A stretch of 63,989 nt of DNA, counting the filler, from Octopus bimaculoides (taxonomy: Eukaryota): NCBI RefSeq assembly GCF_001194135.2. It is 5 parts of 4 records of this genome, joined end to end, with 100 filler letters (N's around TTAATTAATTAA, not from the genome) between each part and the next. Parts side by side here need not be neighbours in the genome. Positions count along the whole stretch, not along the records: positions 15,900 to 44,133 come from NC_068984.1; positions 44,234 to 54,370 come from NC_068992.1; 3 more parts are not named here. One strand, written 5' to 3'. Positions 39,506 through 50,544 of the stretch are shown piece by piece. The number at the start of each line of letters is the position of its first letter. Position 1 is the stretch's first letter. Under the pieces are notes generated by a model. That model saw only the letters and a program-made list of their open reading frames with translations, searched no databases and was not told the DNA's origin. Position numbers and translations under genes: made by a program.

Positions 39506-40542
39506 TTTCTCGACGACAAACAGTATTAATAAGGATAATTATTATAATAGTAATGAATTCTCACTGAAGAAAATGATACTAATAATATTGATGTTTTTCT
39601 TCTTTATTAACTGCAACATCCCGGAGAAATATAAAAATACCGACCAACGTTAAAGAGAGGCTAACAAACATGTGTAGGGTGGATCCTTGAAGAAGGATAG
39701 ATAAATTCGATCCCTGTGGGATTTGCACTCAGAAAGTAAAGAAATATAACTATATAGCATAAATTATTGAGTCAACCACTATATTGATTTTACCAAATCA
39801 CTTTCTTTTGTGGGAACGAAAGAGCAATACGAATTTTATCAAACGCTGAGTTCAGACTCATTGGGTAATCGTACTTCTGGCTAAACATGTATTCAACATA
39901 CTCAATAAAATGCCACGTTTCATAAACTCAATAAACATGCCATATTCGGTGCACCCAGTCAACATGTCATACACTATATTCTGGCGATGAATGAAGAGTT
40001 TTATAGCTTCTCTAACAATGTCACACAAACATTAACAACAACAATTTTCTACGAGAAAATGCTAAAATATATGATGATGATTTCTAAAGTAAACTGAAAA
40101 GCCTTGATATAACAGGTTTTATTACATCATATATTTACTCCTGCAAACCACTAGAAATTCCTGGTGACAATTACGCAATTAATTATTATTAAATTTCTCC
40201 ATTTAGTGTCCGCTGTCCAATTAGCATAAAATCATTAGTATTCTCAATGCCTCTGTCTAAAGGCTACCATTAGGATGAAGAGTTTATTTTTAGAAAATAG
40301 CAGTAGGTCAACAGCATTTGAAACGTCATAGATATGGGATTCTAAAACCGTCTACTGACACTGGTTACCGCACAATCATGCCAAATTCTTCTGAACATAT
40401 ATTTGTAACCGTTTGAATATGCTGCAGTAATATTAAGTAACTACCGATTCCATTAGTCATTAGAAAATTCTCCTGGCACGTAATCCGGGGCAAGAGGAGG
40501 ACTTGAGCTAAAAGTAAAGAAACATTTTCAAACATTTTTATA

Positions 40543-40707
40543 GGTGCAGGCGTGGCTACGTCATTGAGAAGCTTGCTTTCTAACCATGTGATTTTGGGTT
40601 CATTCTTACAGTGTTGCACGTCGAGCAAATGTCTTCTACTACCTCCTCAGGCCGACCAAAGACTTGTGAAAGGACTTGGCAGACAGAAACAGAAAGAAAC
40701 TCGTCTG

Positions 40708-40710
<3 letters not shown>
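40543..40710 (+). mobile_element. SINE family B head and core followed by (TG)n
   Basis: GGTGCAGGCGTGGCT and GCAAATGTCTTCTACTA...GGCCGACCAAAGACTTGTG. Confidence 0.8.
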
Positions 40711-40763
<53 letters not shown>

Positions 40764-41494
40764 GCGCGCGTGTGCGCGCGTGTGTGTGTGTAACATACAT
40801 AATTATTTATACTTATAGAAAAATATGTGGATAAGCATTCGTTATTGGCAGTAAAAGTAGTACGAACGGTGTTTTTCTGCTATTTTGCCCCCCATGTTTT
40901 GTCTGTCCTGTATTGTCCTTTCAGTATATTAGCTTTTATGGTAAATAAAAATAAGTGTCTTCTACTGAAAAAAATATATATATGGACAAGGATTTTGCTT
41001 CGTAAACACGTGGTTCTTGTTTAGATTTCACTTAACGCCACCATGAAAAAGTGTTATTGTCAATAACTTCGGGTTGACCAATACCTTATATGAGTGGAAT
41101 TTGGGAGGCAGAAACTGTTCAGAAGAATGTCATGTAAATGTGTGCGTGCGTGCGTATGTAAATACTTATATATATACGTATTTCGCTTTATCAAGAACAG
41201 GTGGTTCTTTATGCTGTGAGATTCGACAAATAGAGTTTGATAAAATGTATATACAGGTAGCAACGAAAACACATGATTTTCAATTTGTAATACTAACTCT
41301 TGTTTTCTTTTTATTCTGTTGTTCTTTTTTGCATTTCTTGTTTAATCTTGTCTTTTTCAGGAGAAGAGTTCGAAGAGTCAGTATGTAGGTCGTTCAACTT
41401 GTTCGAAATAGCAGCTACATCTCCTTCAATGTATACTTTTTTTTTGAAAAAAGAAAGGAATATAAGATGTAATCTTTCATCCATTTTTTTATTT

Positions 41495-41713
41495 TTTATT
41501 TTTACTTCTTTCAGTCATTTGACTGCGGCCATGCAGGGGCAGTGTCTTAAAGAATTTTAGTCGAACAAATCGATTCCCGTACTTAATGTTTTGAAACTTG
41601 TTACTTATTCTGTCAGTCTCTTTTGCTGATTTGCTAGGTTACGGGGATGTAAACATGCCAACACCGGTAGTCGAGCGGTGGGAGGACAAACACAGACACA
41701 AAGACACACACAC

Positions 41714-41758
<45 letters not shown>

Positions 41759-41915
41759 CCACGGGCTTCATTCACTTTCAGTCTACCAAATCCATGGACA
41801 GTGCTTTGGTCGCCCGAGACTATAACAGAAGACATTTTCTCTAGGAGCCACTCAGTGGGACTGAACCTGGAAACATGTGGTAAGGAAGCCAGCTTCTTAC
41901 AACACAGCAACGCCT
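41495..41915 (-). mobile_element. Full-length SINE family B with internal (AGAT)n
   Basis: Head about 41820-41915, core about 41760-41820, SSR about 41690-41757, tail about 41495-41690. Confidence 0.85.
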
Positions 41916-41989
41916 TCTAGAAAACAAATAGAACAGTCGTGGTTGGTTCTTCTTTATTCATACTGTTACCAACAACAGCAATAACTGCT

Positions 41990-43560
41990 TTTAATTGAGA
42001 CATAAGGCCAACAGTTTTAATGGGAGGTGGTTAGTTGATACCATGAACCAGTAGTAGACTGCTGCCTAGTTTTATTGATACTGGAAGGATGAAAAGCGAA
42101 GTTGACTTCAGCAAGATTTGAACTCAGAACATAAATAACCGGAACAAATACCTTAAAGCGTTTTCTCTGACCCTCTAACGATATTACCTGCTTGCTGCTT
42201 TAGTAATGGTTTCAAATTTTGGTACAGTTTTTGAAAGGAAAGGGAAGTCGATTACATTGAGCCAGTGTTTAACTGGTACTTCATTTTATCGACCCCGAAA
42301 AGACTAAGTCGACCTCGGCGGAATCTGAACTCGGGACATAAAGACGATCAAAACACCGCTAAACATATTGCCTGGCGTATTAACGATTCTGCCAGCTCGT
42401 ACCCTTAACTGCTACCATTGTAATAAGAAGAATAACTGCAGCAACAACAACTACAGCAACTACAACGACAGTAAAAACAATACAGTAAGGGCGATAACGT
42501 CGACAGCAGCAACAATAAAAACAGCTACAGCAACAGCAAAACCAACACCTGTAGCAAAAACAATAATGACTACAAAATTATTATTTTTCTTTTTGTTTAT
42601 CGGTGCGTCGATACAATGAGTCCAGTGCCCAAATGATATTTATTTTATCAACTCCGAAATTATAAAATGCAAAATCGACCTCGGTAAAATGGTCACAAAT
42701 TTTGGCACAGGGTCAATAGCTCTTGAGAGGAGAGGGAAGTCGATTACATTGACCCCTGTTCTCCTCTGGAACTTTATTTTGTCGATCCTGAAAACATGAA
42801 AGGCGAAGCTGATCTCGGCAGGATTTGAACTCAGAACGTAAAGACGTACGAAACGCTGTTAAACATTTTGTGCGACATGCTAACTGTTCTGACAGTTCAA
42901 TGCTTTCTAGCAATGGCAGAAAAATGATAGCAGCAACGCCAACCAGCAGCAGTAATACGAACAACAGCAGCAACTACAAAAGTAGCAAAAACAATACAAA
43001 AACGACGAGAACATCGTCAGCAGCAACCACAACGGAACCAGCAGCAACAACAACAGGAGCAACAGAAGTGAAAATAAAATAACTTTGGCAACAACAATAC
43101 TAACAACAATACTAACAATAATCTTTTCTAAATTTAGCACAAGGCCATCAGGTCTGAGGTGGGGTATTGCAAGTCGTTTACATCGACCTCAGTACGTGAC
43201 TGGTACTTCTTTCATCGACCGGAAAAGACAAAAGATGAAGTTGATTGTGGAGGAATTTGAACTCATGAAGTAATGAGCCGGAAGAAATGCCGCAAGGCAG
43301 CTTTTAAGACACTAAAAATTCTGGCAGCTCGCTGCCTTTACAGCAGCAACAACAATCGTTTCAAATTCTGGTACGAGGCCAGCAATTTCGGGGGTGGAAA
43401 TAAGTCGATGACATCGATTACAACTGGTGCTATTTTCTCGACCCAAGAAGACTAAAATGTAAAACGGACCTCGGCGGAATTTGAACTCAGAACATAAAGA
43501 GGTACTAATTGCCGCTACGCATTTTGCCCGACGTGCTAACTATTCTGCCAGATCGCCGTC
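41990..43560 (-). mobile_element. Cluster of about six co-oriented family A SINE copies with degenerate (CAA/CAG)n spacers
   Basis: Repeated TTTGAACTCAG and GACCTCGGCGGAA motifs at about 42120, 42325, 42680, 42830, 43260 and 43480. Confidence 0.85.
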
Positions 43561-44096
43561 TTAGCAGCAGCAGCAATTATAAAAACATGAAACCAGCAAC
43601 AACGAGAATAACTAAAATCAAAAGTGAATCCGTTTTACGGACAAGTTTGTGGGAAAAACATCAGTCCCAAATACTCGTACGACACTGTAGGGAGTAGTGT
43701 GTACCGTATGTACCCTACTTACAAAACATACGCAACAACAGAGCTTTGTTATTGTTTTTCTTTTCTCACATGTTTATAATTTCAACATTCTCGACTTGTC
43801 TGCGCTATTATCTCGCAAGTATTTTTCGTCTTCTATTTCACTTCCTCCCTTACATTTCCAGTTACTATCAATCATAAAGCACTCACGTCTCACTAAATTA
43901 CTCTCTCCTTCTCTTTCTCTCCTCTTATCTTTCTTTTTGTGTGTATGTGTGTGTGTATCCACTTCCTGTTTGTGAAACGCTCTTTTTAAACGTTACTCCT
44001 CCTCCACATAACCAGCCTCATGCCTTTTTTCATTCATCATTCTGTTCACATTTTAGATAGCTAGAAAGATAGATAGATGCATACATACATCTGTAC

Positions 44097-44133
<37 letters not shown>

Positions 44134-44233
44134 NNNNNNNNNNNNNNNNNNNNNNNNNNNNNNNNNNNNNNNNNNNNTTAATTAATTAANNNNNNNNNNN
44201 NNNNNNNNNNNNNNNNNNNNNNNNNNNNNNNNN

Positions 44234-45390
44234 AAGCCTCCAGTTCACCCATGGATGTTACCAGAAAAGCCGTGGAGCCGCTTACACCTGGACCACGCAA
44301 TAAATTTTATGGGTAGAGATTGGCTGGTGATCACAGATGCTTATTCCAAGTACCCATGCATTCATCCTACTTCCTCCACGTCCTCCAAAGCCACTTTAAA
44401 TCTGCTTGAGGAAGATTTTGCGCACTTCGGATTCCCTCACATACTGGTCACCGATAACGCCCCAACTTTTACGTCTGAGGAATTCCAGAGCTGGTGCAAA
44501 GAACGTGGGATCACACACCTGACAGGGGCACCTTACCACCTAGCTACCAACGGAGCAACGGAACGTTTGGTGCAGACCTTCAAACAAGCTCTAAGGAAGT
44601 CNNNNNNNNNNNNNNNNNNNNNNNNNNNNNNNNNNNNNNNNNNNNNNNNNNNNNNNNNNNNNNNNNNNNNNNNNNNNNNNNNNNNNNNNNNNNNNNNNNN
44701 NNNNNNNNNNNNNNNNNNNNNNNNNNNNCACGAGCACTTCAAGAGTTCTTGATGCAGTACCGGAGAACACCGACATCCTGTGGATTCTCTCCGAGTGAAC
44801 TTTTGAATTACCAGCAGATACGAACAAGGATTGATTCTCTGCTGCCATCGCCAGCACACATTGCTCAAAGCAAACAGTCTAAGGAAGCATATAAGTCTCA
44901 AAGGACTCCGGGCTCGGCTGATGTCGCTAAAGTTACCAGGCAGTACAAGGCCAGAGATCCTGTGTATGCACTATACTACGGACCTCGCCGAGACAAAGAT
45001 CCCCGATGGGTACCAGCAATCATTAAGAAGTCATTGGGTACTCGCTACTTTAACGTCAAGGTCATACCTCATGGCCCGATGTGGAGACGACACTGGGAAC
45101 AGCTGCGACCGCGGTACACAACTGAGGAAGACAATGAACCTGGTGATGCAGAAGACACTGTATTTGAATTTGTAACAGATCACCCAATGGAGATCTCGGA
45201 AACTGTGCCACTAACTCAANNNNNNNNNNNNNNNNNNNNNNNNNNNNNNNNNNNNNNNNNNNNNNNNNNNNNNNNNNNNNNNNNNNGACAAACCAGACCC
45301 AAGACCATGTTACCCGTTCCAGAGTATGGACCAGACAACCCAAGACGGTCCAAGAGAACCCGTAAAACCCAAGAGAGACTTTGCTGTTGA
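44234..45390 (+). CDS. pol: Ty3/Gypsy pol, integrase core and C-terminal domain (partial; spans two small gaps)
   Basis: PWSRLHLDHA...LVTDNAPTFTSEEF...PYHLATNGATERLVQTFK gives D,D35E. Continues ALQEFLMQYRRTP...SPSELL and RWVPAII...RRHWEQLRPR. No stops in the sequenced parts. Confidence 0.93.
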
Positions 45391-45414
45391 TACTTCTTGT
45401 GTAGCATCAATTTC

Positions 45415-45424
45415 AGTGGGGAGG
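45415..45424 (+). promoter_or_regulatory. Polypurine tract of the Gypsy element
   Basis: AGTGGGGAGG immediately 5' of the LTR-initial TG. Confidence 0.75.
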
Positions 45425-45663
45425 TGTTATATGGACTGTTGGATTAGTTTGTTGTTCGTCTGAGGTCCCTGTTTCGTTGTTGTTTTGTGTGACTGTCGAA
45501 GTTGAATGTTATTGTGATAGATATGGCGAGGACAACATTCTTGTTTCTTGATAACTAACATTCGGTGAGTGAGTTCTTTGTTTATAGTTAATAAATAAAT
45601 GTGATAACTAAATAGTACAACTCGTTGTGTTTTCTCTGCGAGTCCCCCGAGAGGAATACAACA
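45425..45663 (+). mobile_element. 3' LTR (239 bp) of the Gypsy element
   Basis: Starts TGTT, ends AACA (4-bp inverted termini), AATAAA at about 45590-45600, follows the PPT. Confidence 0.8.
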
Positions 45664-45766
45664 AGAAGTCTCTGACAATGAGGGTACGAACATTTAGACT
45701 ATATACAGGTTTCACCATAGAATATTTCGGAGTTTGTTTTTTATGGGAGGAAACATTAGTGTAGAT

Positions 45767-45914
45767 TAGGCATGAGAAAACTTTTTCTAGTAGCGAGCCG
45801 CATGAAACATAGCTCGTCATTTAGCGGGCCGCACTACTAAAATAGTTCAAGGTAATTTTTTCGTTAGGCATGCCATTCAGAAAGTCCCTCGGGCCGCAGG
45901 TTGCCCTATGACTG
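45767..45914. mobile_element. hAT-Charlie-like MITE (148 bp)
   Basis: Ends TAGGCATGAGAAAACT and AGGTTGCCCTATGACTG, subterminal GGGCCGC motifs, 8-bp TSD GTGTAGAT and GTGTAGTT. Confidence 0.8.
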
Positions 45915-46199
45915 GTGTAGTTCGTATACTTACTTTGTTTATTAATACACTATTGTGCAGTGCTCCGTTATGATAATGCGAAGAAACGCTGAATGCCACT
46001 TCGTTTGAAGACGAGGAGGATAAACTTTAATCCATGACCTTCTAAATTCGGTAAAACCTCTAAGTTTCATTTCAAGAACCCCCAAAACCATTTTAGAATA
46101 TCTTTCAACAACAACTTAAGATAATTAGGAAATTACAGAAAAATGTCACCAGATGTCATCGAGTATCGTCAAGCAAGATAAAATATTTTTATAGTACCA

Positions 46200-46960
46200 A
46201 CAGGGATCTTTTTTAAAACGGGGGCCACATTTTTCATTAACGAAACACTTTGAAACTTGGAACACTGGTAGAATGTGTCATATAAAACATCTTTTTCTCT
46301 TAGACTTCTTAAAAAAAAAAGAAATCCCTAAATTATTCCATGTTAAAGTTGTCGTATTTCTGTAATTTCAACCAATCACTGACGTCCATTCAGCCGATAT
46401 ACATTAAGTGCCGACTACATAAACAAACGATTCTGAAACAATTCTATCGGTGATAGGGTTAGGGTAAAACAGCAAATTTAAAAAGAAAAAAGCAAATAAA
46501 ACGAAGAAAAAGAAAGAAAATGAAAAAAGCAAATTTAAAATGAAAAAAGCAAATAAAACGAAGCTATGGCTTAATCAGCCAAAGGAGTAAATATAAACAA
46601 CTGAATACTTGTCAGTGATTGGTTGAAATTNNNNNNNNNNNNNNNNNNNNNNNNNNNNNNNNNNNNNNNNNNNNNNNNNNNNNNNNNNNNNNNNNNNNNN
46701 NNNNNNNNNNNNNNNNNNNNNNNNNNNNNNNNNNNNNNNNNNNNNNNNNNNNNNNNNNNNNNNNNNNNNNNNNNNNNNNNNNNNNNNNNNNNNNNNNNNN
46801 NNNNNNNNNNNNNNNNNNNNNNNNNNNNNNNNNNNNNNNNNNNNNNNNNNNNNNNNNNNNNNNNNNNNNNNNNNNNNNNNNNNNNNNNNNNNNNNNNNNN
46901 NNNNNNNNNNNNNNNNNNNNNNNNNNNNNNNNNNATTTCAGCGCTTCGAAAAACTAACTT
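46200..46960. mobile_element. Probable foldback element, right arm mostly in the gap
   Basis: Perfect 20-bp inverted repeat AATTTCAACCAATCACTGAC (46364-46383) and its complement at 46611-46630. A-rich sub-repeats and AGGGTTAGGGT inside. Outer limits uncertain. Confidence 0.5.
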
Positions 46961-47312
46961 GTTTGTTTACATACAGCGTAACTAAAAGGAAAGTTTAATC
47001 TATGACTTTGTATGCATAAGAGAAAGTAGGAGTTGAAAGGATTTGTAAAGGTCGTAGAAAGAGGAAATTTAGGTTTTATTAGAGGGTGGGGAAATGTTAT
47101 TTTGCGCAGTTTAATGGATTTTATTGGTAACTGTGATTGATTTTGACGGAAAAAATGACGCAGTTACCTAGGTTATGGTATTTAGAATATTAATTCCGAT
47201 TGTTTCATTCAAGAAATTTGGAATTGTGTAAATGTATGAATTGGATACACACACATACACACACACTCACAAACTCAGCTATATATAGATAGATATCATA
47301 TCTTATATATAA

Positions 47313-47453
47313 CGGTGCTACCTTAGCGTGTGCGGCCAATCGCAGTATGCGTAGTCTACGCTGTGAAATTACCTGATCTGTGTTTGGATTATGGTTAGGG
47401 TTTAGAGTTTAGGGTTAGATTTAGAGTTAGACAGCACGCTAAAAGTGGCTTCC
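47313..47453. mobile_element. Possible small MITE with degenerate TTAGGG-like interior
   Basis: Imperfect TIRs CGGTGCTACCTTAGCGTG and CACGCTAAAAGTGGCTTCC. GGTTAGGGTTTAGAGTTTAGGGTTAG at 47393-47430. Confidence 0.4.
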
Positions 47454-47794
47454 ATATAACAATACCCCGCATATCTCTCTACCTATTTCTATCCCTGGTA
47501 ATGTTTATGCAAATTAAAACAAGCAAGCCATAACACACAAGACTACATAAACTCTATCTACAGCCCAATGGCCTTCAAATATATCAAATTCGAAAACATT
47601 CCTGGAACATTACAGAATTGTTCAGAAATCATATAATATCACTCATGTAATCATGAAATAAGGTTTTAGTAAGATAAACTCAGAAAACGGCGAGCTGGCA
47701 GAATTGTTAGTGCACCGGACAAAATGTTTAGCAGCTTTTCGTCCGTCTTTACATTCTTAGTTCAAATTTCTGGCTATCAGTATATTTCTGTTTG

Positions 47795-47872
<78 letters not shown>

Positions 47873-48490
47873 NNNNNNNNNNNNNNNNNNNNNNNNNNNN
47901 NNNNNNNNNNNNNNNNNNNNNNNNNNNNNNNNNNNNNNNNNNNNNNNNNNNNNNNNNNNNNNNNNNNNNNNNNNNNNNNNNNNNNNNNNNNNNNNNNNNN
48001 NNNNNNNNNNNNNNNNNNNNNNNNNNNNNNNNNNNNNNNNNNNNNNNNNNNNNNNNNNNNNNNNNNNNNNNNNNNNNNNNNNNNNNNNNNNNNNNNNNNN
48101 NNNNNNNNNNNNNNNNNNNNNNNNNNNNNNNNNNNNNNNNNNNNNNNNNNNNNNNNNNNNNNNNNNNNNNNNNNNNNNNNNNNNNNNNNNNNNNNNNNNN
48201 NNNNNNNNNNNNNNNNNNNNNNNNNNNNNNNNNNNNNNNNNNNNNNNNNNNNNNNNNNNNNNNNNNNNNNNNNNNNNNNNNNNNNNNNNNNNNNNNNNNN
48301 NNNNNNNNNNNNNNNNNNNNNNNNNNNNNNNNNNNNNNNNNNNNNNNNNNNNNNNNNNNNNNNNNNNNNNNNNNNNNNNNNNNNNNNNNNNNNNNNNNNN
48401 NNNNNNNNNNNNNNNNNNNNNNNNNNNNNNNNNNNNNNNNNNNNNNNNNNNNNNNNNNNNNNNNNNNNNNNNNNNNNNNNNNNNNNNNNN

Positions 48491-48669
48491 CTTTGGGTAA
48501 AAGAAGATACAGGAAGATCAGTTAATTCTGATTTCACTCTCAGATTCACACACTTATTGCAGTGGTTCTTCAGTTTTTCTAAGCCCTGTCAAAGAACTTG
48601 GAAGGTTGGGCCTCCAACCAAGTTTTTGCATTACTCTTGAAGCCAGGAACTTTTCAGCAGCCCCTCATA
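48491..48669 (-). mobile_element. Mariner-derived MITE, copy 3 (left end in gap)
   Basis: CAGTTTTTCTAAGCCCTGT and AAGCCAGGAACTTTTCAGCAGCCCCTCATA match copies 1 and 2. Confidence 0.8.
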
Positions 48670-48929
48670 TGGTACCTGCCTGGATACTTTATTCCTATCT
48701 ATTTATACAAAATAGAGAAAAAGTACACACGCGTCTACCATACGCGCATTCAGTTATAACCCAAGTTATGACTAACCGCATTGCGTTGTAAGGAGCACCT
48801 AGGACTACTTAAGATAAGCAATCCCGACGTATTTCATCCGATGGGCAAATTCTAGGTCTATTCATTCCATTTATCTTATACATATAGTAAATAAAAAAAA
48901 TTAAAAAAAACGAAGAACAAACACAAAAA

Positions 48930-49045
48930 GCAACAACGCGTGGACGAGGTACATGCAAAGTATTGGCAGACGCTTAGGGAAGGAAAGAAACGTGGTTTCA
49001 CGTTTCGAGCAAAGCTGTTCTTCAAAGACAGGAGACAGAGGAAAG
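48930..49045 (-). mobile_element. Short Penelope-like repeat with a decayed hammerhead-like motif
   Basis: Minus strand CTTTGAAGAACAGCTTTGCTCGAAACGTGAAACC; the CUGANGA core is broken. Confidence 0.45.
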
Positions 49046-49258
49046 TCCAATAGGAAAGTCCAATATATATAACTGTGTCTTCTGTCTGTCTGTGTATTTA
49101 GTAAATGTTCGTTTGTTTATTTACTACACATTTTGTTTTTTAGTTATATATATAGATAGGTCATATTTTCCGTTTGTTGTCTTTCTATTTAATCCTGAAT
49201 ATATATATATATATATATATATAAATTTCAGGAATGGAGTGAACGCATGTTATAACTG

Positions 49259-49358
49259 CATACTTTATTCCGACATATGTTTCGAAGAATTACAATTTAT
49301 GCGATCCATAGGAATCGTCGATGTTAAAAATGTAAACTTCTCCTCAGGGAAATGTATG
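49259..49358 (-). ncRNA. Type I hammerhead ribozyme with intact core
   Basis: Minus strand CAUAC-AU-UUCC / CUGAGGA / GAAG...CUUC (57-nt stem II) / GAAAC-AUAU-GUC / GGAA-UAAA-GUAUG. All core nucleotides are canonical. Predicted cleavage between 49272 and 49271. Confidence 0.85.
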
Positions 49359-49661
49359 GGGATCATCTTAAACGTAAGACATTATGACCGGGTATCATCG
49401 ACGNNNNNNNNNNNNNNNNNNNNNNNNNNNNNNNNNNNNNNNNNNNNNNNNNNNNNNNNNNNNNNNNNNNNNNNNNNNNNNNNNNNNNNNNNNNNNNNNN
49501 NNNNNNNNNNNNNNNNNNNNNNNNNNNNNNNNNNNNNNNNNNNNNNNNNNNNNNNNNNNNNNNNNNNNNNNNNNNNNNNNNNNNNNNNNNNNNNNNNNNN
49601 NNNNNNNNNNNNNNNNNNNNNNNNNNNNNNNNNNNNNNNNNNNNNATATATATATATATAT

Positions 49662-49700
49662 ACTAGCAGAAATACCCGGCCTTGCTCGGAATGAAAATGG
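49662..49700 (-). mobile_element. Helitron-like 3' terminus remnant
   Basis: Minus strand CCGAGCAAGGCCGGG (imperfect hairpin), then TATTTCTG-CTAGT, abutting (AT)n. Confidence 0.5.
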
Positions 49701-50010
49701 CATAGATTTTATTGCTTTACTTGTTTCTGTCATGTGACTGCAGCCATGGTGGAGTACCGCCGTTGGTTGAAGAAATCAACCACAGGATTTATTCTTTGTA
49801 AGCCTAGTAATCATTGTATCAGTGTCTTTTACCAAACCGCTAAGTTACGGGAATGTAAACACAGCAACATCAGTTGTCAAGCAATGGTGGGTGTAGAAAG
49901 CCAAGATACAGGCACACACATATACAAATATACACATATATACGACAGTCTTCTTTCTGTTTCCGAGTAAGAAATCCACTCAAGATTTTGTTCAGCCTGA
50001 GACTATAGTA
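49700..50010 (-). mobile_element. SINE family B (tail, SSR, part of core)
   Basis: GACTGCAGCCATGGTGGAG, ACCGCTAAGTTACGGGAATGTAAAC and TATACGACAGTCTTCTTTCTGTTTCC. Confidence 0.8.
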
Positions 50011-50012
50011 AG

Positions 50013-50043
<31 letters not shown>

Positions 50044-50457
50044 GCTTTCGATGCGAATAGTTTTATTATAGGGTGCCGTATGTTACAATCCTGTAAATAA
50101 TAACAATGGTATTTTTATATAAGCTGAAAGCTTATGCCGTTCACCGTGCAATGACTAACGAAAATAGTCTAATAACGGAACATATAAGCCCTCGATAGAA
50201 AAAAGAAGGCTTTCCCATCTGCGTGGGACGCGAACCCACATGCCTTTGGTAACATGAATAATTGTGGTACCTTCACACACGGATAGGAAAACCTTTTTTC
50301 TGTCGAGCGCTTATATGCCTCGTTATTAAACTATTTTCTTTAGTCATTGCACGGTGAACGGCATAAACTTTAATGTTATATAAAAATACCATTATTATTA
50401 TTATTTACAGGATTGTAAGATACGGTGTCGTATAAGAAAACCATTTGCACCGAAAGC
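50044..50457. mobile_element. 414-bp foldback (long imperfect palindrome) within TA runs
   Basis: Arms about 50044-50226 and 50275-50457 are reverse complements, for example TTATGCCGTTCACCGTGCAATGACTAA and TTAGTCATTGCACGGTGAACGGCATAA. Spacer about 48 nt. Confidence 0.9.
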
Positions 50458-50544
50458 ATATACATACATACATACATTGAACCCCTAACCCCTAACTCTC
50501 TCACGCTATATATATATATATATATATATGTTGTTTTACATGAT

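Noticed and set aside
34790-43560. Repeat-spacer-like periodicity suggesting a CRISPR-like array
   Set aside because: Units are long, diverged SINE bodies with microsatellite spacers; no short constant repeat with unique spacers and no cas genes.
47393-47430. Interstitial telomere (also 46455-46465 and about 50478-50495)
   Set aside because: Only a few degenerate TTAGGG-like units, two of the three sites inside apparent transposons.
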